From the IMG/VR virus record IMGVR_UViG_3300024978_000122: a DNA stretch of 64,000 nt; one strand, given 5' to 3'. Numbering within the stretch: the stretch's first letter is position 1; each line of letters starts with the position of its first letter. The notes beneath the pieces are model-generated. The model worked only from the letters and a program-made list of their open reading frames with translations. It did no database searches and was not told the DNA's origin. Shown here in pieces: positions 33,889 to 43,494 of the stretch. Source of the DNA: a virus. The position numbers and the translations under genes were made by a program.

Positions 33889-36800
33889 TCAAGACGTGCG
33901 GGTGCGGGCCGTGGCCAGCAGTTGCAGAAGGCGGGATTCGTCGCGAGCGTCCACGGTGACGTTGACCGTGCTGTGGCCTGCGGCCAGTTCCACGCGCACG
34001 GTGCGCGCGGGGCTGGCATCGGACAGCTGCGGGCGCGCGAGGTTCGCGGCTGCAGGCTGCACCAGGCCACCGGTGGCAAAACCCTGGATGCTGGCCAATG
34101 CGTTCCCGGCCAGCACCCGCGCTGGGGCGCTCAGGTTGTTGATGGCCTCGAAAAAGCCCACACCCAGGCGCGCCACCGCCGAGCGGTTGACCACGTATTC
34201 GCCCGGCGTGAGCATCGCGGGCACGGTGTCGGACTTCGACAGCCCGCCGCGCCGGTAGAACTCGCCCTGGTTCTCTTCCATGTAGTCGATCAGCTCGCGC
34301 TCCAGGTCTTGCTTGCTGTTGTTCATGGCCCATTGCCAGCGCTCGGCAATCGTCGTCAGCGCCCCCTTCTCCCGGCTCGTCAAGGTCTTGAGTGCCTCCA
34401 TGCGTTCGAGCACAGGCTTGTCCAGGTTCCACAGCTTCGACCAGTGATTGCGCGTGGCCTGATTGGCAATCGGACCGCCCCAACTGCCGGTGTTGATGCT
34501 CTGCATGCCCAGTTCCATCATCTTTTGCGCCTGGACGACTTCGCGGTTTTTCTTGGGCGTTCCACCACCCACAAAGCCACCGGTGGCAAAGCGCGCGACA
34601 CCACTGGCCAACCGCGAGAGCGCGCCGCTGCCGTACTTCTGCACGGCTGCCTTGCGGATCACGAAGGCACCGGCGTCCAGCGTGCGCGGCACGGTGTCGT
34701 GGTGGCCGGAGCCGGGCACCGAGCCACCGCTCATCCGGGGAAAGGCCGGAGCCACCGCGCCACCGTCGGCAAAGTGACGGACACCACCACCCGCGCCACC
34801 GACCAGACCGCCCGTGGCATTGGTTTCCACCTTGGTCACATAGATGGTGTGGGTGCTGGAGGTGTTGCGCCCGTTGAGGCTGTCGATCTCCGCGCGTACC
34901 GCACCGACGTTGCTGGCCACCTGATGCTGAGATTCGGTCTGAATGCGATCCAGCGCCTTGATCATCCCCTCGACATTGGTGATGGCCGCCTGCGCCTTCT
35001 CGGTCGCCACCTTCAGCTCGAATTGCGCGTTCTGGTCGGCGTAGGTCTTGAGCTTGTCCAGCGCTTCCTTCGCCTTGGACACGTCGGCATCGACCGGCAG
35101 CGTCTTGCCTTCCTTCAGGAGCGCCTCGTATTCCTTGAGCTTCTTCTCCGCTTCCTGCAGGTCGGCCTGGATCTGGAGCAGGTACTCCTTTTCCGCCAGG
35201 GCCTTGTCCAGATCGGCGATGGCCTTGTCGAAGCGCGTGGTGTCGGCGTCGAGCGTGACCTTCAGACCGTCCTTGAGCTTGGCGGTGATGTCGTCGATCT
35301 GGCGTGTGGTCTCGGTCAGCGTGCGCTGAATCTCATCGCGTGCGATGATCGCCGAGCGTGCCGCCGTCTGGTGCGCCTTCGCTTCGGCGTCCAGCGTCTG
35401 GTTGAGGATTTCCTCGGACTGGCGGATGCGGTCGATGGCGTCGCGCACGCCCTGTTTGCCTTGCGCGGCCTGCGCATCGGCGTCCTTGGCCTTCTGCGCC
35501 AGTTCGGCGCGCAGCTGATCGGCCTGCCGCATCAGGTCGGCGGCCTGCTGGTATTCCTGCCTGCGGTAGGCCTCGCGCGACTGCGCTTCCAGTTGCGTGA
35601 CCTGTGACACCGCCTGTTCGGACTGCTTGCGCGCTTCCTCGCCGCGCTTGGCCTCGTTGGTCTGGCTGGTGGCCACCTGCGCGGCCATGTCCATCGCCTT
35701 CTGCGCGAGCTGACGGGCAAGCTCCAACTCGCCGTTGGCCAGCGCCCGGCGCGCCTGCTCCTGCATCTCGGCGATCTGGCGCTTGCGATCCTCGGTGGCC
35801 TCGTACTCCGTCATGCCCTGACGGCGGATGTCGCGGATGCGCTCCTCCGTGGACATCGACAACTGGCGCTTGGCTTCCTCGATGCGCTGCACTTCGGCCA
35901 GATGCCGGTTGGCTTCGGCGTTGAGCGCGTCGATGTGCTGGCGGTACTCGGAGAGCGCCTGCGTCAAGGTCTGGCGCTTGGTGGCGAGGATGTCGTTCTC
36001 GACCCGCTGCACGTTGGCGCGGCGCTCTTCCTCGGTCTGGCCTTGCCGGGCAGCGGCGTCCTTGCGCGCCTGCGTTTCCTGATCGATCAGGCCGAGCGTC
36101 TCGGTCGTGGCCTGACGGCGCAGGGTGGCCTGCTGCGTCAGCGCCTCGGTGAGCAGCTGGGTGGATTTGGTGATCTTGGCGGTTTCGGACTGCTGGGTGA
36201 GGTCGAGCGCCGCCTTCTCCTGCTCGTAGCGGTTCTTCACCGCCTGCACCTGCTGCGCGAGGCTGGCCTCGACGATGGAGGTCAGCCCCTTGTAGGCCTC
36301 GGCCATCTTGGCGGTGGCGTCGTTGACCACGCCTTGGGCCTTGCCCACCGCCTGTTCGACCTCGCCCAGCCGGGACTTGAGCTTTTCCAGCGCGGCGTGC
36401 ACCGCCTCGATGCCGCGTCCGACCGCTTCCTGCGTGCCCTGGCGCACGGCTTCGAGCCGCTTGGCGATCTCCTCGGCGGCGGTCGCGGCGGTGTTCATCG
36501 CGCCCTTGGCCGCGTTCGCGCCTTCGGTGGCGTCGGCGTACATCTCGGCGAAGATGCGATTCATCTCCGCGAGCCGCTGCTCGTGGCGCTTCGTGGCTTC
36601 GGCGATGGTGTCGGAGCTGAAGATGGCTGCGAACACTTCCCACTGGAAGCGCAGGTGCTCGATGCCCTTCATCAGCACCTCGACCATGAAGATGCCCGCC
36701 TTGCGGACGATCTCGAACTTCTCCGACAGCCACGTGCCGATCTCCCAGCCGATGATGGCCGCGCCGAGGACGCCGAAAGCCACGCGCAGCTTGCCCACCG

Positions 36801-37857
36801 GGGCGATGGCATTGGAGAGCGACAGGTTCGCCGTCGCCCACGCCGCCGCCGTGGTGCTGGCCGCCGTCACTGCTGCCGCGCCCGCCGTCTGCCACGCGAT
36901 GATCAGCGCCGGGATCAGGCGGTAGACCAGCACCGCGAGCCCGACCTCGGCGATGCGCCCCAGCCACTTCATCACCGTGTCCAGATTCTCCGACAGCCAC
37001 GTCAGCGCCTCGGCGAACCTCTTGGTGAAGCCGGTCGATTCGTCGAGTTTGCTGATCCACTGGCCGAAGGCGTTCGACAGGCGCGTGAAGGCCTGGCTGA
37101 CGGTCATCGGCAGTTGCGCGTACTCAGCGGCCAGCTTGTCCTTCTGGCTCATCAGCGCGTTGACCACCACGTCGGCGGTGAGCCGCCCTTCCTCGGCGAG
37201 CTTGCGCAGCCGTCCGATGGGAACGTTCAGGCCATCGGCGAGCGCCTTGGCCAGACGCGGGCTGTTCTCGACGACGGAGTTGAATTCCTCGCCGCGCAGC
37301 ACGCCCGAGGCCAAGGCCTGCCCGAACTGCAGCAGGGACGACTGCGCCTCGGTGGCCGATGCGCCGGAGATGCGCAGCGCCTGCGAGATGCTCTCGGTGA
37401 GCGAGAGCGCGTCCTTCTGCTCGCCGCCCAGCATCCGCACGGCCTGCTGGAGCTTGCCGTAGAGCGTGGCCGTCTCCTGGATCGGCACGCCGATGCGCTG
37501 CGCGATGGCGAACAGCTCCTTCTGCGCGACCGCGTATTCGCGCTGGCCTGCGGTGGCGAGCTTGAGGCGCGCGGACATCATGTTCCAGGCGTCGGCGATC
37601 TGGACGATCTCCTGCACCTTGCCCGCCGCCCAGTTGAGGGTGAGGAAGGCCAGCAACTGCGTCTTGGCCTTGGCGACCTGATCGCCGAAGGCGTTCATTC
37701 CGGCCTTGACCTCGGCCATCCCGGCGGCGGCCTTGTCGCCTGCGGTCTTGGCGCTGGAGCCGAACCCGCCGAGGCTGCGTTCGGCCGAGGTGATGGCGCG
37801 TTTGAGCCCCTCGTCGGCCCCTTCGAGCGCGACGAGGATGGAAATGCGGTTCGCCAT
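33889..37857 (-). CDS. Tail tape measure protein
   Basis: 1322 aa, Ala-rich coiled coil, ADAWNMMSARLKLA..QFGQALASGVLRGEEFNS tape-measure domain. Confidence 0.95.
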   Translation of the reverse strand: MANRISILVALEGADEGLKRAITSAERSLGGFGSSAKTAGDKAAAGMAEVKAGMNAFGDQVAKAKTQLLAFLTLNWAAGKVQEIVQIADAWNMMSARLKLATAGQREYAVAQKELFAIAQRIGVPIQETATLYGKLQQAVRMLGGEQKDALSLTESISQALRISGASATEAQSSLLQFGQALASGVLRGEEFNSVVENSPRLAKALADGLNVPIGRLRKLAEEGRLTADVVVNALMSQKDKLAAEYAQLPMTVSQAFTRLSNAFGQWISKLDESTGFTKRFAEALTWLSENLDTVMKWLGRIAEVGLAVLVYRLIPALIIAWQTAGAAAVTAASTTAAAWATANLSLSNAIAPVGKLRVAFGVLGAAIIGWEIGTWLSEKFEIVRKAGIFMVEVLMKGIEHLRFQWEVFAAIFSSDTIAEATKRHEQRLAEMNRIFAEMYADATEGANAAKGAMNTAATAAEEIAKRLEAVRQGTQEAVGRGIEAVHAALEKLKSRLGEVEQAVGKAQGVVNDATAKMAEAYKGLTSIVEASLAQQVQAVKNRYEQEKAALDLTQQSETAKITKSTQLLTEALTQQATLRRQATTETLGLIDQETQARKDAAARQGQTEEERRANVQRVENDILATKRQTLTQALSEYRQHIDALNAEANRHLAEVQRIEEAKRQLSMSTEERIRDIRRQGMTEYEATEDRKRQIAEMQEQARRALANGELELARQLAQKAMDMAAQVATSQTNEAKRGEEARKQSEQAVSQVTQLEAQSREAYRRQEYQQAADLMRQADQLRAELAQKAKDADAQAAQGKQGVRDAIDRIRQSEEILNQTLDAEAKAHQTAARSAIIARDEIQRTLTETTRQIDDITAKLKDGLKVTLDADTTRFDKAIADLDKALAEKEYLLQIQADLQEAEKKLKEYEALLKEGKTLPVDADVSKAKEALDKLKTYADQNAQFELKVATEKAQAAITNVEGMIKALDRIQTESQHQVASNVGAVRAEIDSLNGRNTSSTHTIYVTKVETNATGGLVGGAGGGVRHFADGGAVAPAFPRMSGGSVPGSGHHDTVPRTLDAGAFVIRKAAVQKYGSGALSRLASGVARFATGGFVGGGTPKKNREVVQAQKMMELGMQSINTGSWGGPIANQATRNHWSKLWNLDKPVLERMEALKTLTSREKGALTTIAERWQWAMNNSKQDLERELIDYMEENQGEFYRRGGLSKSDTVPAMLTPGEYVVNRSAVARLGVGFFEAINNLSAPARVLAGNALASIQGFATGGLVQPAAANLARPQLSDASPARTVRVELAAGHSTVNVTVDARDESRLLQLLATARTRTS

Positions 37858-37858
37858 T

Positions 37859-38503
37859 TCAGTCCACCAACCGCAACTGCTTCTCGATGCGCGCGGAGAG
37901 GCGCGGGATGCGAGCGGCGACGATGCGCTCGACGTTCAGGCGCTTCTTGAGCACGACCTTGGGCACCAGCACGGCGATGGGCACGTCCGCGCCGCGCTTG
38001 AGGCGCTTGACGCCCTCGGCCTTGCGGTAGCGGCGCTTGAAGCCCGACAGTGGCCGGTCGTGTTCCTTGATGTTCTCGGCCATCAGCACGATGTTCCCCT
38101 TGGCGTTCTTGATGAAATAGGCATTGCCGCCGCGCATCAGCTCGGCGATCTGCGCCTTGAAGCGTTTGCTGCCCACGCGCCCGTGCAGCGGGATCAGCAT
38201 CCGGCCACCGATGACGCCGCCACGCTCGTGGATGCCAGACCACGGGATGCGCGAGCCGACGTAGAGCGCGGGCAGCCGACTCCGATCCTTGTCCAGCACC
38301 TTGGCGGTGAAGCCCTTGACGAAGGACTTCTTGACCACCGCCATCTGGCCCGCGACGTGGCTGCGCACGTCCTGCTTGAGCTCGGCGGCCTCGCTGGCGA
38401 TGCCGCGCGCGACCGCCTGCTTGACCTTGTCGCGGAACTCGCCGCCCCAGCGGCGCAGTTGCGCCTGCGCGGCCTTGCTATCGATGCGAACCGAGATGCG
38501 CAT
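37859..38503 (-). CDS. Tail-region protein (DUF6441-like, neck/tail completion)
   Basis: PWSGIHERGGVIGGRMLIPL motif; located before the tape measure gene. Confidence 0.6.
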   Translation of the reverse strand: MRISVRIDSKAAQAQLRRWGGEFRDKVKQAVARGIASEAAELKQDVRSHVAGQMAVVKKSFVKGFTAKVLDKDRSRLPALYVGSRIPWSGIHERGGVIGGRMLIPLHGRVGSKRFKAQIAELMRGGNAYFIKNAKGNIVLMAENIKEHDRPLSGFKRRYRKAEGVKRLKRGADVPIAVLVPKVVLKKRLNVERIVAARIPRLSARIEKQLRLVD

Positions 38504-38798
38504 GGCTGATTGCCTGATCGGTGAGCCTGTCGAGGGTCTGGTCAAGGTGACGGGCTTCGCCGCGTGCGCCGATGGCGATCAGCGAGAGCAGCCGCGCATC
38601 GCGTGCGGCGTCCTCCCGCGCGGCGGCGGCGGCGAAGCCGCGCACCTGCGCCAAGGTGTAGCCGAAGATGTCCGGCAACCGGTGGCCGTGGGCGATCAGG
38701 TGCTGGACGGTGTCGAACCAGCCGTGGCCATTGCTGCCGTCGCGCCCGTCTGCGCGATCAGCCCGTCGAGCCGAGGCATCACCGTCCGGGTAAAAAAA
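38478..38798 (-). CDS. gpT-like C-terminal extension of the tail assembly chaperone, reached by -1 frameshift
   Basis: The -1 frame is open from the T7 tract at 38798 to the stop at 38478 and contains WFDTVQHLIAHGHRLPDIFGYTLAQVRGF. Confidence 0.6.
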   Translation of the reverse strand, partial: FFYPDGDASARRADRADGRDGSNGHGWFDTVQHLIAHGHRLPDIFGYTLAQVRGFAAAAAREDAARDARLLSLIAIGARGEARHLDQTLDRLTDQAISHAHLGSHR

Positions 38799-39094
38799 TC
38801 GGCGTTGACCTCGATCACCTTGGCCGCGAGCAGAATCGCCTCGTCGGCGGCCAGCTCATCGACCCACGCGCGCGGTTTGCCGACGGCAATCGACACCGCC
38901 GTCAGCAGGTCGTCGCCGCGCTCGCCGAACAGCGCCAGCCAGTCGATACCATCGCCTCCGATCTGTTGCATCACCGGCGTGATGGCGCGCAGGAAGGCGG
39001 GCATCTGGCCGACCTTGAGCGGCTTGATGGCCAGCGGCTCGCCGTCGATGACCAGTTCCACCGCCTGCGGGATGAGGGTTTCCAGATCGCTCAT
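38696..39094 (-). CDS. Tail assembly chaperone (gpG-like)
   Basis: Between the major tail and tape measure genes; VIEVNADFF motif. Alternative start at 39106. Confidence 0.8.
   Translation of the reverse strand: MSDLETLIPQAVELVIDGEPLAIKPLKVGQMPAFLRAITPVMQQIGGDGIDWLALFGERGDDLLTAVSIAVGKPRAWVDELAADEAILLAAKVIEVNADFFTRTVMPRLDGLIAQTGATAAMATAGSTPSST
38792..38798 (-). other. Candidate -1 slippery heptamer T-TTT-TTT
   Basis: GAT TTT TTT ACC (D-F-F-T) in the chaperone gene; fits X XXY YYZ. Confidence 0.55.
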
Positions 39095-39105
39095 GGCAGC
39101 CCCCA

Positions 39106-39858
39106 TCACAGTTGCACGATGCGGCCGAACTGGCCGAGCACCGCGTCATAGGGTTTGGTGGTGTCGGCCAGCAGCGAGCCTTCCAGCTCGAACTTGTTGT
39201 ACTCGTCCGAGATGAAGGAGATCTCCTTCAGCGGATCGAAGGCCACGCGGTACAGCTCCACCAGCACCTTGGCGTTGCCCTGCGCGGTGTTGACGCCTTC
39301 CAGGCGCAGGAACCGTTCGGGCAGCGCCTGCGTGAAGATGCCGATCTCGGTGGCAACACCGTAGCTGTAGGCCGCCTTGAACGGCGCGGTGAAGCCGGTG
39401 GTATCCAGAAACTGGAGGGCACCGAAGTCGGTGTCGGCGGTGTAGTGCGTGCCTGCGGTCAGCGTCGCGGGCGTGCCCGCCGAGTCGGTCACCACCAGCG
39501 CCGACACCTTCGGGTGCGCGAAGAAGTAGCGGTCGCCGACCACGGGCGCAGCACCGCCGATGGGTTCGGCGGTCACCGTGCCGGTGCTGCCGGTGACGTG
39601 GTTGCCGTAGAGGGCCAGGGCGAGGTTTTCTTTTGTGAACTCCTCGATGGTGAGGTTCACGGTGGCCGACTTCTGCTTGACCATCCGGTGGTCGAGCGAG
39701 CGCTGGCCGGTCTGGCTCTCGTAGTGCTCCAGCACGTCGGTCTTGAGCGAGAGCTTCAACTCGGCGACGTTGCCGGGCGAGCGCACTTCGATGGGCAGGC
39801 CGTCGATATCGCGCTTGCCGAGGAAGACGCGGCCTTGGAACGATGCATAGGTGCTCAT
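39106..39858 (-). CDS. Major tail (tube) protein
   Basis: YASFQGRVFLG..GNVAELKL..VELYRVAFDP..FELEGSLLAD. Confidence 0.85.
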   Translation of the reverse strand: MSTYASFQGRVFLGKRDIDGLPIEVRSPGNVAELKLSLKTDVLEHYESQTGQRSLDHRMVKQKSATVNLTIEEFTKENLALALYGNHVTGSTGTVTAEPIGGAAPVVGDRYFFAHPKVSALVVTDSAGTPATLTAGTHYTADTDFGALQFLDTTGFTAPFKAAYSYGVATEIGIFTQALPERFLRLEGVNTAQGNAKVLVELYRVAFDPLKEISFISDEYNKFELEGSLLADTTKPYDAVLGQFGRIVQL

Positions 39859-40076
39859 GATTTGGATTCCTTGCGTTGGGTGGTTTTGGGTTCGATGGGG
39901 GTGCCGTCGCCTTCCGGCTGCGGCACGGGTGCGGGCTGGCGGTCGTGGCGGGCGATGCCATTGGCGATGAGCCAGTCGGCGGTGCCGCTTTCCACGTCAA
40001 GCCGTTCGCCCGGCTGGAGCGGCATGCCCGCGTGGGTGTGTGGGCGGATCAAAACGAGTGATGTCATGGGTGTCAT
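39855..40076 (-). CDS. Small hypothetical head-tail region protein
   Basis: LIRPHTHAG..GERLDV..ADWLI, overlapping both neighbours by 4 nt. Confidence 0.65.
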   Translation of the reverse strand: MTPMTSLVLIRPHTHAGMPLQPGERLDVESGTADWLIANGIARHDRQPAPVPQPEGDGTPIEPKTTQRKESKS

Positions 40077-40519
40077 CCCTTGGTTGAAAGATCGGTGCCG
40101 AGCGTCCGGTAGGTGATCGCGTAGCGCGCGGGAATAGCGGCGGCCACCGCGTCGGCGTCCTCGACGTCCCATTCGCATTCCTGCTCGCGGATGCCAAGGC
40201 ACAAGCCGCCCAGATTCCGGTCGGCCAGCAGCGCGGCGTGAGCGGCGGTGAGCAGCCGGTCGGCTTCTGTCTCCGGAATCGCGGGCGGCACCGCGCGTGC
40301 CAGCGCGACGAGGCGCACGATCAGTTCGCGCGTGACGCGGTCGTTGGCGCGCTCGGTGATGGATTCGGACTCGGGGAACACCACCAGCGCCGGGCATTGC
40401 TCCCGGCTGATGGCCACCGTGGGCGAGCGGTGCAAGGTCGCCCCAAGCGATTCCACCGGCGTGCGGACGGCCGCCATCACCGCGAGCAGAATCTGTTCGC
40501 GGATCGAGTTGCCGGACAC
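40073..40519 (-). CDS. Tail terminator-like protein (gpU position)
   Basis: IREQIL..PALVVFPESE..ADRLL..HAALLAD; synteny. Confidence 0.7.
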   Translation of the reverse strand: MSGNSIREQILLAVMAAVRTPVESLGATLHRSPTVAISREQCPALVVFPESESITERANDRVTRELIVRLVALARAVPPAIPETEADRLLTAAHAALLADRNLGGLCLGIREQECEWDVEDADAVAAAIPARYAITYRTLGTDLSTKG

Positions 40520-40522
40520 GGG

Positions 40523-40825
40523 TCAGAGTCTCGTGAGCTTGGCGCGCATCTCCGAGCCATCGCCCACGGCCCGGATGTCGCGCACCTGATAGATCACGCT
40601 GCCGATCTCCACCGTGTCGCGCGGGGCCAGACCCATAAACACCGACGCCGGATACGACATCTGGTGGTCGGTGGTCGAGGCCAGCCCATCGAACACGGTG
40701 TCGTCGGGCGCGGCGAAGCCCACTGGATGCTGCTGGGCGAGACTGCCATCCGACGGTTGCCAGCGGCACTCCCTGAGCAGCCCAGCGTTACCCGCTGAGG
40801 CGTAGATCTGTTCCACGATGCCCAT
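40523..40825 (-). CDS. Head-tail joining protein (gpFII-like)
   Basis: DTVEIGSVIYQVRD..DGSEMRAKL; follows the capsid gene. Confidence 0.7.
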   Translation of the reverse strand: MGIVEQIYASAGNAGLLRECRWQPSDGSLAQQHPVGFAAPDDTVFDGLASTTDHQMSYPASVFMGLAPRDTVEIGSVIYQVRDIRAVGDGSEMRAKLTRL

Positions 40826-41829
40826 CACGCCACCGTCAGCTTGACCAACACGCCGGGGCGATGGCACATCGGCAGCGGGTTGGACTGCGTGTGCAGGTCG
40901 GTGCCCCGGTCGAACTTGCGCGGCTCCTGCTTGGCGTACAGCGGCTGGCCCACCGTGTTGACGGTCTCGTTGAAGTCCGCCGGTGCGAAGTAGGTGCCGA
41001 AGGTGTCGATGGTGCCCAGCGGGAAAGCGTGGGCCTCACCGGCGGCGATGAAGCGGCGGGCGGTGCCACTGGCATCGGTGGCCTGGCCCCGGTACTCCTC
41101 GAAGGTGATTCCGCCGTAGGTGAAGCCGCGACGCACGTCGTTGATGAGGATGGCCCCGTTCTGCCAGTTCTCGAACGCCTTCTCGACCTTGGCGTGACCG
41201 GTGAGCGCAGCGAAGAACTCCGCCGAACACAGGCAATGGACGCCGTTCATGAACTCGCCCTTGAGGTTCTCCTCGATGGTCGCCAGCACCGTGGTGCATT
41301 TGGCTTTGACGTTGGTTCCCGCCGTGCCCAACTCGAAGGCCACGGTCTGCTGGGCGATCTCGAAGGCATCGAACAGGTCGTAGAGCACCGAGCCATCGGC
41401 ATCGAGGATCACGCCCTTGAGCGCGCCGACGCGCAGGTGCTCCAAGGTGATCGCGTGCTTGTTGCGCATCGTCTCCAGATGGCGCGCGACGACGCCCGCG
41501 ACCGTCTCGGTTTCGGTTTCCGAACCGAAGGCGCGGATGCCTTGCACTTCCTCGGGCAGCACCACGTCGTCGTGCGGGATGTGCGGCACGACGAAGGAAC
41601 GCAGCTTGCGCTTGCCGCGCACGCCGACCGTGCCGGGCGAGCCCGGCGGCAGCGTGGGCAGCAGGTTGAGCACGCCGTTCATTTCCTCGACGACGATCTG
41701 GCGCTGGCGCACCGGCTTGGGCGGCATCAGGTTCAGTTCTTCCAGACGGCCGTAGCGGTTGGGTAGGATGTTGATGGCGGCGGTCAGCGCGGCCATCGAG
41801 AAGGCGGGATTGCTGAAGGGGTTGTTCAT
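40825..41829 (-). CDS. Major capsid protein (lambda gpE family)
   Basis: LTAAINILP..PHIPHDDVVLPEEVQGIRAFG..EHLRVGALKG..QSNPLPMCHRP. Confidence 0.92.
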   Translation of the reverse strand: MNNPFSNPAFSMAALTAAINILPNRYGRLEELNLMPPKPVRQRQIVVEEMNGVLNLLPTLPPGSPGTVGVRGKRKLRSFVVPHIPHDDVVLPEEVQGIRAFGSETETETVAGVVARHLETMRNKHAITLEHLRVGALKGVILDADGSVLYDLFDAFEIAQQTVAFELGTAGTNVKAKCTTVLATIEENLKGEFMNGVHCLCSAEFFAALTGHAKVEKAFENWQNGAILINDVRRGFTYGGITFEEYRGQATDASGTARRFIAAGEAHAFPLGTIDTFGTYFAPADFNETVNTVGQPLYAKQEPRKFDRGTDLHTQSNPLPMCHRPGVLVKLTVA

Positions 41830-41831
41830 GG

Positions 41832-42209
41832 TCAGGCTCCTTGACGGACGAGGACGCCCAGCGCCTTGAGCTGCGCAATGGCGGTGAGTTGTTCGGCGGT
41901 GGTGATGGCATCGGGCCACGCGAGCGCGTGATGGGCGACGACGGCGTGGCGCGCGACGACGAGGCCGTCATCGCGGTCGATCAAAGTGGCATCGCAGGCT
42001 TGCAGCAGCACGCCTGCGGCGACCTGCGTGCCGTCCTCGGCGGACGGATCGATCTGCTTGTATTTGCCACTGGCGGTGACGATGCCGAGCACCGTTCCCA
42101 GCGGCAGGTTTTGACCCGATGCGACCGTGACGCGGTCGCGCGAGTAGAGGTTGGGTGCTTCGTACTTGAGCAGGTCGCCCAGGTTCAGGGGTTCGGCGAG
42201 AACGGACAT
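41832..42209 (-). CDS. Head decoration protein (gpD-like)
   Basis: SRDRVTVASGQNLPLGTVLG..DGTQVAAGVL. Confidence 0.85.
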   Translation of the reverse strand: MSVLAEPLNLGDLLKYEAPNLYSRDRVTVASGQNLPLGTVLGIVTASGKYKQIDPSAEDGTQVAAGVLLQACDATLIDRDDGLVVARHAVVAHHALAWPDAITTAEQLTAIAQLKALGVLVRQGA

Positions 42210-42210
42210 T

Positions 42211-43461
42211 TCAGATCTCCTTCTTGAAGGCGGTGGATTGCGCCGCGATCTGCTTTGCTGCATCGATCAGCGGATTGCTGGCCGAAGGGCGAACGGCATC
42301 GGGCGTGATGCGACTGGTGATTTCGGGACTGGCGTCGGCCTGCGCGGCCAGGAGCTGGCTGCGCACCTTGGCGGGCGAGGCCTGCGCTTCGAGGAAGCCC
42401 GCGATCAGGTCGGTGCGCCCAGCCAACGTGCAGGTCTGGGCGATTTCGACGGCGTCGGCCACGGTCATTGCCGTGGCGGTGGAGGCGGTGGCGGAGGGTT
42501 GAGGAGGATTGCCAGCAGGATCAGCAAGAGGCCGATCAAGAGCAGCGGGGTCGGTTCGATCATTCATGGATGACTCCATCTGGTGGTTGCGAAAAAGGCC
42601 CGCTTGGCTGGCCGAAGCCACCTGAGTCGGGAGTGGGGAAAGCGATTGGGTGAGCTGCGAGAGCGCGTCGTCGAAGCCGCCGACCGCATCGGCCAGACCA
42701 GCGCCGACGGCATCCGGGCCGAAGAACAGGCCCGCTTCGGTGGCGCGCACGGCGTCGGCGTCGAGGCCGCGATGGCGAGCGACCGTCTCGACGAAGAGGT
42801 CGTAGACGCGATCCACCTCGGCCTTCAGGACGGCATGCGCCTCGTCGGAGATCGGTTCGTGCGGGTTGAGGTCGTTCTTGCGCTCGCCCGCGAACACGGC
42901 GGTATAGCGAACGCCATCCTTCGCGTCCTTCACCGACTGATCGATGTGCATGGCGATGACGCCAATCGAGCCGACGCCGCCGGTGCGCGCGACGAACACT
43001 CGGCTCGCGGCGGACGCCAGTGCGTAGGCCGCCGAGAACGCCATGTCGTTGGCCACGGCCCAGACCGGCTTGACTTGCACGCCCGCGCGGATGCGGTCGG
43101 CCAGGTCGAACACGCCGCCGGATTCGCCGCCGGGCGAATCGACATCGAGCAGGATCGCGGCGACCTCAGGGCTGGCCAACGCCGCGTCCAGTTGCGCGGC
43201 GATGCTGGTGTAGCTGGCGAGGCCCGACACGGCTTCGAGGCCGGAGGTGCGGCGCACCAGCGTGCCGTGGATCGGGATGACGGCGACCTTGCCGGTCGCA
43301 GGCGACAGTGGGCGTGTGGTCGGCGCGTAGTCCGCGGGCACGACCATGTCGGTCAGGCCAATGCGCGCACCGAGCACGGACAGGATGACGTCGAGTTTCG
43401 GGCGATGGATCGCCAGCGGCACGCCAAAGAGGCGCGCCGCCAGATGTGGCAGCACGGTCAT
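42211..43461 (-). CDS. S49 capsid maturation protease (gpC-like) with C-terminal scaffold region
   Basis: LLDVDSPGGE, AFSAAYALASAA, GSIGV, AGERKND; low-complexity C-terminus. Confidence 0.92.
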   Translation of the reverse strand: MTVLPHLAARLFGVPLAIHRPKLDVILSVLGARIGLTDMVVPADYAPTTRPLSPATGKVAVIPIHGTLVRRTSGLEAVSGLASYTSIAAQLDAALASPEVAAILLDVDSPGGESGGVFDLADRIRAGVQVKPVWAVANDMAFSAAYALASAASRVFVARTGGVGSIGVIAMHIDQSVKDAKDGVRYTAVFAGERKNDLNPHEPISDEAHAVLKAEVDRVYDLFVETVARHRGLDADAVRATEAGLFFGPDAVGAGLADAVGGFDDALSQLTQSLSPLPTQVASASQAGLFRNHQMESSMNDRTDPAALDRPLADPAGNPPQPSATASTATAMTVADAVEIAQTCTLAGRTDLIAGFLEAQASPAKVRSQLLAAQADASPEITSRITPDAVRPSASNPLIDAAKQIAAQSTAFKKEI

Positions 43462-43494
43462 GGGAATCCTTCTGGAAAACGGTCAGGCGACGAG

